DNA of 64,000 nucleotides from assembly GCA_951406725.2 (NCBI GenBank), contig OX597816.1, positions 26,784,001 to 26,848,000 of the forward strand, in the 5' to 3' direction. Made by a program: the position numbers and the translations under genes. The notes under the pieces were generated by a model. It did not search any database. It saw only the letters and a list, made by a program, of their open reading frames with translations, and was not told the origin of the DNA. Shown in pieces: positions 37,403 to 50,289 of the stretch (positions within the stretch are counted from its first letter, which is position 1; each line of letters starts with the position of its first letter). The stretch is from Octopus vulgaris. Taxonomy: Eukaryota.

Positions 37403-39880
37403 ATGGCAGCATCTCACATTCCCAAAATGCAGTGGCACTCAGAAGACAATACAGCCGAAGCCCTGCAAATGTTCAAACAAAGCATCATGTACTATTGTGA
37501 AGAGGAGGAAATTACAAAACCCCGGAAAATAGCCTTGAAAATATTAAGAGGCATTGGAAATGAAGGATTCAAATGTCTGAATGCATCTAGCTTATCAAAG
37601 GCTGACAAGAAAAACCCAATAAACTGTGGGAATTGTTCAAAGCACAAGTCAAGACAAACCTCAGTTTCAGAGTACATCACCTTAAACTGATAGCATGTAG
37701 CCAGCAACAAAGCGGCGAGCTGGCAGAAACATTAGCACGCCGGGCGAAATGCTTAGCAGTATTTCGTCTGCGTTACGTTGTGAGTTCGAATTCCACCGAG
37801 GTCGACTTTGCCTTTCATCCTTTCGGGGGTCGATAAATTAAGTACCAGTTATGCACTGGGGTTGATGTAATCGACTTAATACCTATATCTGTCCTTGTTT
37901 GTCCCCTCTGTGTTTAGCCCCTTGTGGGTAATAAAGAAATAAGTATGTAGCCAACAACATGATAGAAACAATTACCTGTGGGTGGCCAGACAACATCAAA
38001 TAAGTTCCAGATGATATAAGGACATACTGGTCTTTTCGAGATGAACTGGCTTAGAAGATGGAATTATCTTAAAGGGACACAAGTGTTGATACATCCTCCT
38101 ATACAACATGACATTCTAGTACAGCTCCATGCCTTTCATCAAGGGATAGAAAAGAACAAACTTCACGCTCATGAACGCATCTATTGGACAAACATTGACA
38201 AAGACAGCGAAGAAGTGTGCAGATCTTGTCAAATATGCTAGAAATTTGCAGCTGCCAATAACAAAGAGCCACTGATACCTCACAACATTCTCAGTGCACT
38301 ATGGAAAAAACTGGGAGTAGATCTATTTGAAATCAATGGCAAAACTTATCTGTTCATTTGTGACTACTTCACCAAATTTCTGACTGTGACTTATCTCAGT
38401 CAGACTACAAACAAAGCAGTCACAGAGAAATTCTAAGAGACAGTATCCCACTTCGGCAAACCTGATGAAATTTTCAGCAACAACAGTCCTCAGGTTTGTG
38501 TTCTGTACTGTTTCTTGTTTATTGGTGCGGACGACATATGCTGGCAAGCATGTTCGCTGTGTTTTTTTTCTTTCGGGGTCACCAATTGTAACAGGATGAG
38601 AGTTCAGGAACACTGGAGGGGTGTCCGATCTGATCTTGTCACATACAAGTTGAAGAAACGGAACCAAAGTCAGGCTGTCTTCAATAACAACAATAGTAGT
38701 TTATTCTGCAGTTCACAGGTAAAACATATCCATATGTATTTCTTGTGGGGAAACCGGCAGCCAAGTCCACAGGACTGTTTACAATGTTCACTCATGTGAG
38801 CCAAGAAGATACGGTGTTCGCTGAGAGAAGTCGAGTCACGTCCGATCGCTAGCGCTGCTCTGCCAGAAAGACCGATTCAGTGGTCATGTTTTCAGGTTGC
38901 AGTTCCTGCACATGCGCATGAGGAAACTTCCGGTGGCCAACCAGAAGTAATCCAATTCTGCGCATGTGCGCTGAAATTTACACAGTAGCGTTACTACATA
39001 CTGGAAAACCATTTCAACAATTCACACAGAAATGGAAAATTTAAAACACTACATCGTCACCAAGGTACCCCCACTCAACCAGGTTCATAGAGAAACAAGT
39101 ACAGACAATCAAAAAGACAATCCAAAAATGTGAACAAAGCAAAGAAGATGTACACAATGCATTGTTGAATCTAAGAGCCACACCATTAAACTCAAAGATG
39201 CCGTCACCCACTGAGATCCTATTGAGCAGGCCAATCACAACACTTATGGGATTACACTGGAGCTACTCTCATGAAACTCAAAAACAGAGAAAACTTCTTG
39301 AAGAGAAGAAAATACAAATGAAAACTGCATATGACCAGCATGCAAAGATGGAATTACCTCCATTGCACAAAGGACAAGCTGAAAAAGTTCTAGACAAAAA
39401 CAACAAATGTTGGATACCTGGAGAAGTAGCAACAGAATGTAAAGGTTGGAGTTCTTACATTGTGAAAACAATACATGGAGATTTGCGAAGAAACAGAAGG
39501 GAACTGAAAGATACTGACACAGGCATAGACAGACAGTATGAACAGACCATTCAGGTGGAAATGCACGTCAGATTGCCCAACAATATAGAGACAGACAACC
39601 ATCCAACAGACCCTACAAACTCCATGGAACAGGTTACAGACCTTACAAACTCCATGGAACATGTTACTCAACTTGACTGAAGGAAAAAAATCACAAATTC
39701 TCCTCCTGATGACAATGCAGAAACACAAAATAACAGCCAGAAGTATGAAAAGTGCTCAACACCCAAAAGAACCACAAGTGAAGTGCCCAGTGACAGTGTT
39801 AAAAAGTTATTTGGACAAGATTCCACACAGCTTCCACCAACAAGATTTCCCTCAAAAGCTGAGGCTAAGGTAGAAAACAC
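37403..39880 (+). mobile_element. Internally deleted Gypsy LTR retrotransposon remnant (gag + integrase)
   Basis: Gag-like start at 37403. Integrase H2C2 finger (LHAFHQG...IYW...CRSCQIC), core (W..LGVDLF...ICDYFTKF; SNNSPQ; SSPRYP) and LLNLRATP...SP.EILLSR. Stops and frameshifts present. Confidence 0.85.
38573..38998 (-). mobile_element. LTR (38587-38998) plus tRNA-Trp primer-binding site of a second LTR element
   Basis: Minus strand TGTAGTAA...TGTTACA, then 2 nt, then TGGTGACCCCGA (complementary to the tRNA-Trp 3' end). Minus-strand AATAAA near 38700. Confidence 0.8.
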
Positions 39881-40011
39881 TTACCCAGAGATCCATACAA
39901 TGTGATGAACCTGATACCACATAGTGGTGAGGTGATCTCAGCCATAATCTACTCAATCAAAGTTGATCTAGAGTTAAACAATAACAAAATATAATAAATG
40001 TTTAAACTTAC

Positions 40012-40109
40012 AGACTCCATATTTGGTTGCTATCGGGATAGATGAGACTCTTAGGGTTCTCATTTGGATGAGATTTTTCTGACAGTGAAGAATGGTCCAC
40101 AACCCAGTC
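40012..40109 (-). CDS. ELAC1: ELAC1 coding exon 4
   Basis: DWVVDHSSLSEKSHPNENPKSLIYPDSNQIWS(L). Bounded by cctgtcag| and |gtaagt; 98 nt, phase 0/2, exactly bridging exons 3 and 5. Confidence 0.85.
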
Positions 40110-40199
40110 CTGACAGGAAAGAACTATTATAAGTGAAAAACAAACAATACAGCAAAGAAAATATTCTGCTCACAACTCTCACTCTCAAAATATCACAGC

Positions 40200-40630
40200 A
40201 TTTAATTTTCTTTTCTGATAGTGTCTTTATAACCATTAAGGTCTAAGGTGAAAACCTTATCTATGCAAGAAAGCACATGAAAGGGTCCTGCATACGGTGC
40301 TGTTAAAGGATGTTTGACGGCATCATTGTGGACAAAAACATGAGTCCAGGAAGAATAGTCATCAAGTAAATATGTTTTAATGTCTTGTTTCCTGCTGTTC
40401 ATACGTGGTAACTTTGACATATAATCATGCAAACATTCAATGAAACTTGTAGTGTCAATATCTTGTGTGTGCAGGAACAATTATCTGACCAGGCAGCGTC
40501 AAGGAAGAAGCATTAAGTAATTCTGCAGGACAATATCCAATATCTTCTTTGATAGAAGAGTGTAGACCCAAGAGAACAATAGGACGAAATTCAATCCATC
40601 AAGATGCATCACCAGAAGCCCACATCACAG
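40200..40630 (-). mobile_element. Gypsy integrase C-terminal fragment (GPY/F module)
   Basis: IVLLGL.SSIKEDIGYCPAEL and THVFVHNDAVKHPLTAPYAGPFHVL. Confidence 0.8.
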
Positions 40631-40639
40631 CTATAAGCT

Positions 40640-41510
40640 GTCAGTGAAATATTTTGGATGGCAGAGTGAGAGTGTAGCGTAGGAGTGGTGAATGCTAGAG
40701 ATGCATGTGTCATGGAGAGAGACACATGGGGTGGCCAAAGCATCATGGATTGGGGTGCTATAGGCCTGAATCAGAGATTTGAGCCCCATGTGTTCCAAAA
40801 TGTTGGTGCAGGCAGATGGAATGGCATCACAGCGCAGCACTACATTAACCAGATCCGAAGACCTCACATCATGCCTTTCTTCACGTGTCACCTTGACGTG
40901 TTCCAGCAGGACAATGCTCCCTCCTACACCATGGACTTCCTGCGTCAGCACAACATCAGAACCATGTTATGGCTGGCTCTCAGCCTGGATTTGAACCCAA
41001 TTGAACAACTGTGGGATGAAATCCAGTGATAGCTGAACCAAGTGGTCCCAAGGCAGACAACTCGTGTGGAATTGGAGGCAGATTTCCTCAGGGTGTGGGC
41101 ACAAGTGCCAATGGCTTTTGTGAACTGCCTCATGTATGGCCATTTTGAAAACCCAGGAAGGGCATACATAGTATTGAACACATCATGCCCTACAATCTCG
41201 ATGTGCTGGATCTGCCCACTACCAGAACACATGACAACAACCCATAGACTGTGGTCAAAGTGCATCCAAGAAATTGACTTTATCAGATCATTCAAAATTT
41301 ATCTCTGACATCATCGTTTAGCGTCCGCTTTCCATGCTAGCATGGATTGGACGGTTCAGCTGGGGTCTGGGAAGCCAGAAGGCTGCACCAGGCCCAGTCT
41401 GATCTGGCAGTGTTTCAACGGCTGGATGCCCTTCCTAGCGCCAATGACATAATGAAATTAAAACATATTTCAGTCACACATGACTCGCATTTCCTTTGTG
41501 GTTCAGTGTA
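40640..41510 (+). mobile_element. Tc1-like transposon 3' remnant
   Basis: GG.SIM.WGAI, FQQDNA and W.A.S.DLNPIEQLW motifs; terminal ...cagtgTA near 41510. Confidence 0.8.
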
Positions 41511-41782
41511 CATGAGTTGATCATTCCGTAAAAACCTTCAACTGGTTCTGTATGGACATGTGATGTTACCCAGCTAACCTCCTAAATGCTCTGTGAGGTC
41601 ATGATGGATGGTATGATCAAGTTGAGCAAAACTAAACAAGCTCAACCAGATGTATGTGTGTGGTGGGGAGGTAGTATATCTATTTAGATAAGTAGACAAA
41701 CTCAGTACACAACTAGTTGCACATGCAGTCATTGACATTAACACACATTTCATACTATAATAAATTAACTAAAGATTTTTAC

Positions 41783-41977
41783 CTTCAAGTCTTCAGCTAA
41801 CTGGTTTTCAAGTACTTTAAGCTCACATACAGTAAAGTTGAACTCTAACAAAGACCGAGACAGATTTAGGCAAGTTCGAATGTATTTACACAAGCCCTCA
41901 GGTCCATAGATTTCAACAGGTGCTTTACGGGCATTATTCATACTAATGGTACATAGCAGGCCTGGAAGTCCAAACAG
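41783..41977 (-). CDS. ELAC1: ELAC1 coding exon 3
   Basis: LFGLPGLLCTISMNNARKAPVEIYGPEGL...LAEDLK. Bounded by ttttcag| and |gtaaaa; 195 nt, phase 0/0. Confidence 0.93.
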
Positions 41978-44900
41978 CTGAAAATTAATAAAATGTTATA
42001 TACTCATTACAATACAATTTTGGTTTCTAACATAGACATAAGGCCACAAACATTTTAGGGAAAGGTATAGTCAATTATACAGACCCTGTACATGGCTGGA
42101 AGATTATTCTATCAACAGCAGAAGAATGAAAACCAAAGTTAAATTCAGAAGGATTTGAACTCAGAATGTAAAGGTAAATAACTAAATATTTCAAAGTATT
42201 TTGACAAGAGCACTATGGATTCTGCCTGCCACAGCCTCCTACCAAACTCTGCTTCTACCAAACCACCATCCTTAAAATATGATTATCAATGTTGTTTATT
42301 TTTAGAAATCAGTTACCACATGTCTCATAAATAAGCTGCAATTTTTTTACTCAAAAGAAGCCACAGAAAGTCACTTGCAACTTATCTACCAAACCCTGAT
42401 CTACATTTGAAATTAACAGCAAACAGTTGCACAAGCATGCATGTACATACACACATCGTTGTTACTTGGTTCCCATTGAGCACTGATCAACCATTTTGAT
42501 ATCAAAATGACTAAGACTACCCCTGGTTCTATGATACAACTTCCCTGTTTTAAATTGACCTAAATTAAAATTTTAGGATCTTTTTGGTTTGAACGGCAGT
42601 TTTTTCTAGCGGTGTCATATGAAATTGTCACCCATAATTATGACCCTAGTATCGATCTATTGCATTTCAATCTATTTTAGGGTTAGGGTTAGTTAGGGTT
42701 AGAGTTAGGGGTGGGGGAAGGGTATCTTTTTTTCTTCACAAATGTAAATAAACCCAATCTGTTTCTTAAACGAAGGACCTATTCATACGGCACAGAATGT
42801 TTTCACCTCAATAGACGGTCATTGATTGGTCGAAATTGCAGAAATTGAAGAAAAAAAAAACAACAAATATCTTACAAATTATAGAATTTTCTCAATAAAG
42901 CCAAGAGAAAAAGATGTTTTATAAACACATTCTACCAGTATACGAAGTTTAAAATTTTTTAGTTACCAAGAAATTATGTTAAAAACTGCCATTCAAACCG
43001 AAAAGATCCAAATTTTATGTTGACTTATGTCCCAAAAATCAGCTTAATAATGACAAAGTTAATTTACTAATTACTTCGTTATTTTCCAAATTAAATAAAA
43101 CAAAAGCAGTATATTTCAACAGAAATGTAGTAATCATAGTGTTAAATGAAGCACTCCGTCGGTTACGACGACGAGGGTTCCGGTTGATCCGATCAACGGA
43201 ACAGCCTGCTCGTGAAATTAACGTGTAAGTGGCTGAGCACTCCACAGACACGTGTACCCTTAACATAGTTCTTGGGGATATTCAGCGTGACACAGAGAGT
43301 GACAAGGCTGGCCCCTTGAAATACAGGTACAACAGAAACAGGAAGTAAGAGTGAGAGAAAGTTGTGGTGAAAGAGTACAGCAGGGATCACCATGATCCCC
43401 TACCGGAGCCTTGTGGAGCTTTAGGTGTTTTCGCTCAATAAACACTCACAACGCCCGGTCTGGGAATCGAAACCGCGATCCTACGACCGCGAGTCCGCTG
43501 CCCTAACCACTGGGCCATTGCGCCTCCACTCATAGCGTTAAGTAACCTACGGTGAAAAGTATGCCAGCTGTAAGAATATGATTCTTTTGGAGACCAAAAA
43601 CTACATTGTCCAATGAGTCTCCTGTTTTTAAGACTGTAAGTAAGATATCAATATTTTATATCAAGAGATTCAATTGCTGTTTCTAACAGATGAAGTAGGT
43701 GAGTGTATCAGCAAAGGATAATGGTTTCAAAGCATCAACATGGTGATACAATGGTGATGCATGTTTTGAAACCATTATTACTGAATGGTGAGCAAAATGC
43801 CTGGGGTATTTAGTTACAGCCCTTTACATTCAGAGTTCAGATCCATTTGAGATCAACTTTAATTCATTGACCCTTCCAAGTCAATAAATTAAAAAATTCA
43901 AATCAACTCCTCCTCTTCTTCTAAGTTTCTGACCTCATGCCAATGTTTTAATTTAAAGACATGTATATGAAGGGGTGTACCAGAATCAAAAGCATCTAAG
44001 AACTAAAACATGCTTTCAATATAAGGATTTAATAAGGTGGCAAGCTGGCAGAATCAATAGCTCCCTGGTCAAAATGTTTAGTGACATTTTGTCTGTCTTT
44101 ACATTCTCAGTTCCAATTCTGTCGAGGTCAATTTTGCCTTTTATCCTTTTGGGGTTGATAAAATAAGTACTAGTTGAACACTGGGGTCACTGTAATTGAC
44201 TTACAACCTTCCCTGAAATTGCTGGCCTTGTGTCATGATTTGAAGCCAATATTTAACTATTTAACTATTTTATATCAATACTGTGGAGGCACAATGACCC
44301 AGTGGTTAGGGCAGTGGATTCGCGGTTTCGATTCCCAGACCGGGCGTTGTGAGTGTTTATTGAGCAAAAACATCTAAAGCTCTACGCGGCTCCGGCAGGG
44401 GGTGGTGGCGATCCCTGTTGTACTTTTTCGCCACAACTTTCTCTCACTCATTCTTCTGTTGGCCTGCTCGCTTAGCCTTCATTTGAAGGCTAAAAAACAA
44501 TGCGAAGCGCATTGTGACCAGCGATGTGTAGCAACATCTGATAGCCTGGTCGATCACGGTGGTCATGGTCATATCAATACTAGCATGAGTGGGTAAGTTT
44601 TACAGCTAATTGTAAAGCTGTTTACCCTCCTTACTGCTAACCTCTTAAATGAGGCCTTACTTCAGCTCATGAATGTGGCCCAGGATGTTAGTCCGATCCT
44701 CACAGTGCCCTCAGGTAACTAAATTTCAAACAAAAATAAATACAATGACTGTTTAGACTTCCAACTATGCTGCAGGCATTGAGTCGTTCTCCAAAATAAA
44801 ACACGTAAGTCTACTTCAATCTCCTTAATTGAGAAACATGTTCAACTTTTACTTGATGATTGCATAAGTATAAAAGATCAAATTAACTGCCAATTTATAT

Positions 44901-46061
44901 GATGTTAGTTCAAATCTGCTGCAAGCATTTTGCTGCTTCTGGCAGGTTACTTTATTCTGTGTGCCTAAATTCACCAAACTTTCAGAAATAAGAATTAGAT
45001 CATCAAGGAACATGACTAAGAATGGCATTCTTTCTTAGCTCACAGAAGTAATGTAAAACATAATGTTGAGTCTATAAAACAACAAAATTCTGGTGTGGAT
45101 TATAAATTGTTTTCTATGAAACAGTCTTTACCCACTCTCTCTATGAATCCTTTTTTGTGTGTGTCAATATGCCAAAACATCTGACAATAAACAGTCAATC
45201 AATTTAGTAGTAAATGAGAAACACAAAGAGGAATGACTCACTTCAGTGAAAAAAACAATTAGCCACAGCTGTCACTCAAATGCACATATGACTTGGTAGC
45301 ATGGTATCATGTTTGCATTTATTGTTTTAGGTGCTCATGTACTTGCAAGCAGACAGACATACTCTCTTGGCCCTCTCAACCTTAGCACAGCAGAACATCC
45401 AGTGACAGGTGGAAGGAAAGAAAATTTTCACCAGCAATTGGCTGGTATTCATTACAGATTGGAGCAATGTAAAATGAAAAGCATTGCTCAAGGATACACC
45501 ATGCTTCCCGGTCTCAGAATTGAACATATGACCCCATGATTGAGAGCCCAAAACCTAGACCATAAACTGAAGTGAGTTAGATACATAAATGTTGAGTTCA
45601 GGCCTCTCTGTGGTCAGATGTGCCAACTACACAGCTCTAGACAAGCCAACAAGAAAAGCATCCGAGTGATTACTCAATCTACTAAAAATATCAGCCAAAT
45701 TTCTTTCAAACTTGGATAATATCAGCCAAGTTTCTTTCAAACTTGGATAATGTAATTCTATACTGATTCTCACAGTTTCAGTAACAGAGTATTAATCAAG
45801 GCTGACCTTGAGCTAAACAACAACAACAGCACAGCTTTCATTTCAATTTTATGATCACCACTCCTTAAGAGAAAAGATCAAATTCTTTCTACCTCTGATT
45901 TCTTGTGATAGTTAGAATGAAAATGGGCCATGCAATCACTTGAGGACTTTTCTTATGACTCAATAACCAGCTAGAAGTTACAGGACAGATATTCATAATA
46001 AGCAAATCAAAATGAAAATATGATGGTTATAAGAAAAACAACAATAAAAACACTGACTTAC

Positions 46062-46177
46062 ATGATCCCCATGGAGATGAGAAATAAATATTTTTGAAAT
46101 TTTTCCAGGTTTCACACAACTTTTCATTAACTGAGTTTGGGAACCTTCTCCACAGTCAAAAACCCAACTATCTCCAT
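46062..46177 (-). CDS. ELAC1: ELAC1 coding exon 2 (His motif)
   Basis: (D)[19 protein letters not shown]...[11 protein letters not shown] contains motif I DCGEG and the metallo-beta-lactamase HxHxDH. Bounded by cag| and |gtaagt; 116 nt. Confidence 0.95.
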
Positions 46178-49100
46178 CTGATGATGACAATAATGATATG
46201 GAAGGAAAATCAAGAGTTTGACAATGTCTGGAATAAAGCAATGATTAAAATGGAAAAAACAAATCAATAAAATAAGGATCCTTAATACAGTATTTTGCAC
46301 TTAATCAAATATTATCCTTTTTATTTTAGTTGCCTTAATTGGAAATAACAGAATATGAAGAGGATACTTCATACAAAACATGTCATCTGATCAACTGACA
46401 ATGAGAATTAATTGTACTTAAAGGAACACTTAGAAAGTAATTAACTTAGAAAGTTTTGCCAAGAATGTGGTTCAGTGGAATTTGAAGACAATGTCTTAAT
46501 TGATACAACAATGTTAATAACATTCGTTTTTGGCTGACGAGTTTGACATCTCACAAAGTTGTTCATATTCCTGAAGAAACTGTTTTCACACTAACTGCGC
46601 ACTAATGCCTGGAAAAGCAAATACTGTTGCCAGAAATGCAGCACAAGCCAAATAATAAACACAAGGCCATGGATCTGAAAGACAAAGAGCACAGTCAAAT
46701 AAATAAACTGATCTCAATACTTGACTAGTACTATATCATCAGTCCATTAAAAATGAAAAGCAAAGTTAAGCCAAGTAGATCTGTTTCATCTGCAATTATA
46801 ATTTCATTCTCGTTATGATGACTGATTCGAATATTACTATATTTTATTGACTTTTTATAGGCGCAGGAGTGGCTGTGTGGTAAGTAGCTAGCTAACCAAC
46901 TACATGGTTCCGGGTTCAGTCCCATTGCGTGGCATCTTGGGCAAGTGTCTTCTGCTATAGCCCCGGGCCGACCAATGCCTTGTGAGTGGATTTGGTAGAC
47001 GGAAACTGAAAGAAGCCTGTCGTATATATGTATATATATATAAGTGTGTATATGTTTGTGTCTGTGTTTGTCCCCCTAGCATTGCTTGACAACCGATGCT
47101 GGTATGTTTACGTCCCCGTCACTTAGCGGTTCGGCAAAAGAGACCGATAGAATAAGTACTGGGCTTACAAAGAATAAGTCCTGGGGTCGATTTGCTCGAC
47201 TAAAGGCGGTGCTCCAGCATGGCCGCAGTCAAATGACTGAAACAAGTAAAAGAGAGAAAGGTAAAAATTAGCCTCAGCAAGAATTTGATCTTTGAATAGG
47301 TGTGTAATCAAAAACTGCAAAACACCTTGTTCTTCACTCTACCAACTCCACCAACCACAACTTTTAATAATTTCTAACATAAGCACAAGGCCAGAAATTT
47401 AGCAGGGAAGGTTAGTCAATTAGATTGACCTCAATACTTGACTGGTGCTTTATCAATCCTGGCAGGATGAAAAGCACGATTGACCTTGGAGGGATTTGAA
47501 CTAAGAACATAAAGAACCTTAAACAAATACCACAAACAGGTTTGTTTGATGCAATAATGATTCCACCAATAATTTCTAACACACACACACACGGTCATAT
47601 ATTTTGGGAGAGTGCTCTATTCTGCCTACATCACAAGGCATAACTTTTTCTCAGACAAAAGTCACGAATAGGCGCAGGAGTGGCTGTGTGGTAAGTAGCT
47701 AGTTTACCAACCACATGGTTCCGGGTTCAGTCCCACTGCGTGGCACCTTGGGCAAGTGTCTTCTATAGCCTCGGGCCGACCAAAACCTTGTGAGTGGATT
47801 TGGTAGATGGAAACTGAAAGAAGCCCGTCATATATATGTATATATATATGCGTGTGTGTGTTTGTGTCTGTGTTTGTCCCTCTAGCATTGCTTGACAACC
47901 GATGCTGGTGTGTTTATGTCCCCGTCACTTAGTGGTTCGGCAAAAGAGACCGATAGAATAAGTACTGGGTTTACAAAAGAATAAGTCCCATGGTCGAGTT
48001 GCTCGATTAAAGGCGGTGCTCCAGCATGGCTGCAGTCAAATGACTGAAACAAGTAAAAGAGTAAAGAGTAAAAGAGTAACTAAAATTCTAGATTCTACAC
48101 TCATTCCAACAATGGAATTTATTAACTTCTCTTATAATCAGTTACCTTCACCATAGCACCTGAATGGTACTTATTTTATGAACCTACAGATCAACTCCAA
48201 TGTGGGTAGAACTGAGAACGTAACTAAATATCACAAGGCCACTAACATAAGGGTATATTCCATTTAAATGTACCCTTTACTTACAATTTGAAGACTGGAA
48301 ATGATACATACACGGCTAAAAAGAAACAAAAATAATTTTATTGGTTACATTTAGGTATTGCTGAAAAATTTAATAAGAACAAATTTAGATATTTTTTGTT
48401 GTGGTTTTGTTGCAGATCAGTCCTGATCAAGCAAACCTATAATCGAATGCCTTCTGGCTATGATCATCACGTCTTTTTTCAGGCATAGTGTATCTAAGAC
48501 TACAATATCAGCCAGTTTCGGTTTAGGAGCTTCATTCAAAAAGAACAGGCTTTGTGTGTGTGAGTGTCTGTGTGTGTGAGCGCTCGCGCTTGTGAGTGTG
48601 TCTTGTGCGTTACGCAACGGAGATCACAATTTCGAAAAAATATTTTTCTCATAATTTCATTGCTTTTCTACATTTTAACTAACACAGACTTTGGTAACAT
48701 TTTTCTTTCCTATGAGGTATTGGGCTCCACATCCTAAACTCCATTCAGTGAATTTGGACAAGTACACACGCACGCGGTTCACTAAGTTTTTTTTTTTTTT
48801 CCTTAGTGAACCGTGTGCGGGTGTACTTGTCCAAATATCTACCCTCCGTTCTATCAATAACCAGTGTTTACTTTCATTATTACAGGAAGATGCAATTTGA
48901 ATGTCCCAAGTAACCACTTAAAGATTCTTCATCAATTCAAAAATGGGCTGAGATAAAATATGTCGATTACTGTAAAAAAAGTGGGTTTTTTTATAGGTGG
49001 GGGAGTTAGGGTTTGGGTTAGGGGTGAGAGAAAAGGGTTGCTATCTTCAGAAATGTAAACAAAGTCACGTGTGTACATATACCGAAGCATCGCCACATAC

Positions 49101-49473
49101 CCTAACCCCCCATATATAAAAAAAAACAACACTTTTTTTAAATGTATCCGGTACTTCCGGAAGTACACCGGTACTTATACCGTAAGATCGCCACAACGAG
49201 ATATAAGTATACAAGTAAAATTGTTAACAGTAAAATGTACCATTTCAATATCACAGTTAACTGAGGAACTTAAAGTGTTTTGCGGTTAACATGTTTCTAA
49301 CCCGTACGTAGTTTCTGCAGTCGCACTTGTTTTGTTCCACAAGAAAACTGACTGTAATTAGAGAAACTTACAGAGTGAAAATGAGATCGATAAATTACAC
49401 TGACAGTGTGATAATAACAGAGTGTGATATTAAAGCAGAAAGCCTTTAAAAGTATATATGTGAATGAAATTAC

Positions 49474-49558
49474 CGTTTTGCAAGACAACACATGAAGCCC
49501 CCCTATGTGGTGAAGGGTAGGCAGCGCCAGTTCCTAAAAATATAACTTTTAACGACAT
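49474..49558 (-). CDS. ELAC1: ELAC1 (RNase Z short form) coding exon 1
   Basis: Manual translation MSLKVIFLGTGAAYPSPHRGASCVVLQN, the typical tRNase Z N-terminus (FLGTG..P). Donor G|gtaatt, 85 nt, phase 1. Not in the ORF track. Confidence 0.93.
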
Positions 49559-50289
49559 ACTAAAGAGATTAGATTAGAAATATAGAAATAAAAATAAACA
49601 AGCACATGTAGGTAATTAATATTGGACTCGACACAAAACCAGCGATCTATTGTCGTTGGTAACACTGCATTATCTCCCTTAACCTTGCTAAAACTTCCTA
49701 GCCAGATTATCATTGTCTCCCTTTTCTTGCGGCCACTCATACCTTTGACATGTTTTTGTCAGTGGACTGCGGCCATGCTGGGGTACCTTTTTCAAGTTTA
49801 ATCACACAAATCGATTCCAGTTCTCTTTTTAAAGCCTCTGACTGATTACTCAATCTACTAAAAATATCAGCTAAGTTTCTTTCAAATAACTGATTGGATA
49901 ATGTAATTCTATACTGATTCTCACAGTTTCAGTAACAGAGTATTAATCAAGGCTGACCTTGAGCTAAACAACAACAATGGATTGAGTAGTAGATTGAGTA
50001 ATCACTCAGATGCTTTAAAAAGAGAACTGGAATCGATTTGTGTGATTAAACTTGAAAAAGGTACCCCAGCATGGCCGCAGTCCACTGACAAAAACATGTC
50101 AAAGGTATGAGTGGCCGCAAGGAAAGGGAGACAATAATAATCTGACTAGGAAGTTTTATCGGTCTCTTTTGTTTACGGAACGTAAACAAACCAACATACA
50201 ACACCGATTGTCAAGCAGGGGGTGGGGGCAAATACAAACACCCACACTCATTGATACATTATACAGCCTCCTATCACCCCCTCCTATCG

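Noticed and set aside
42675-42720. Telomere or chromosome-fusion relic (TTAGGG repeats)
   Set aside because: Only 2-4 units, and always inside MITE copies.
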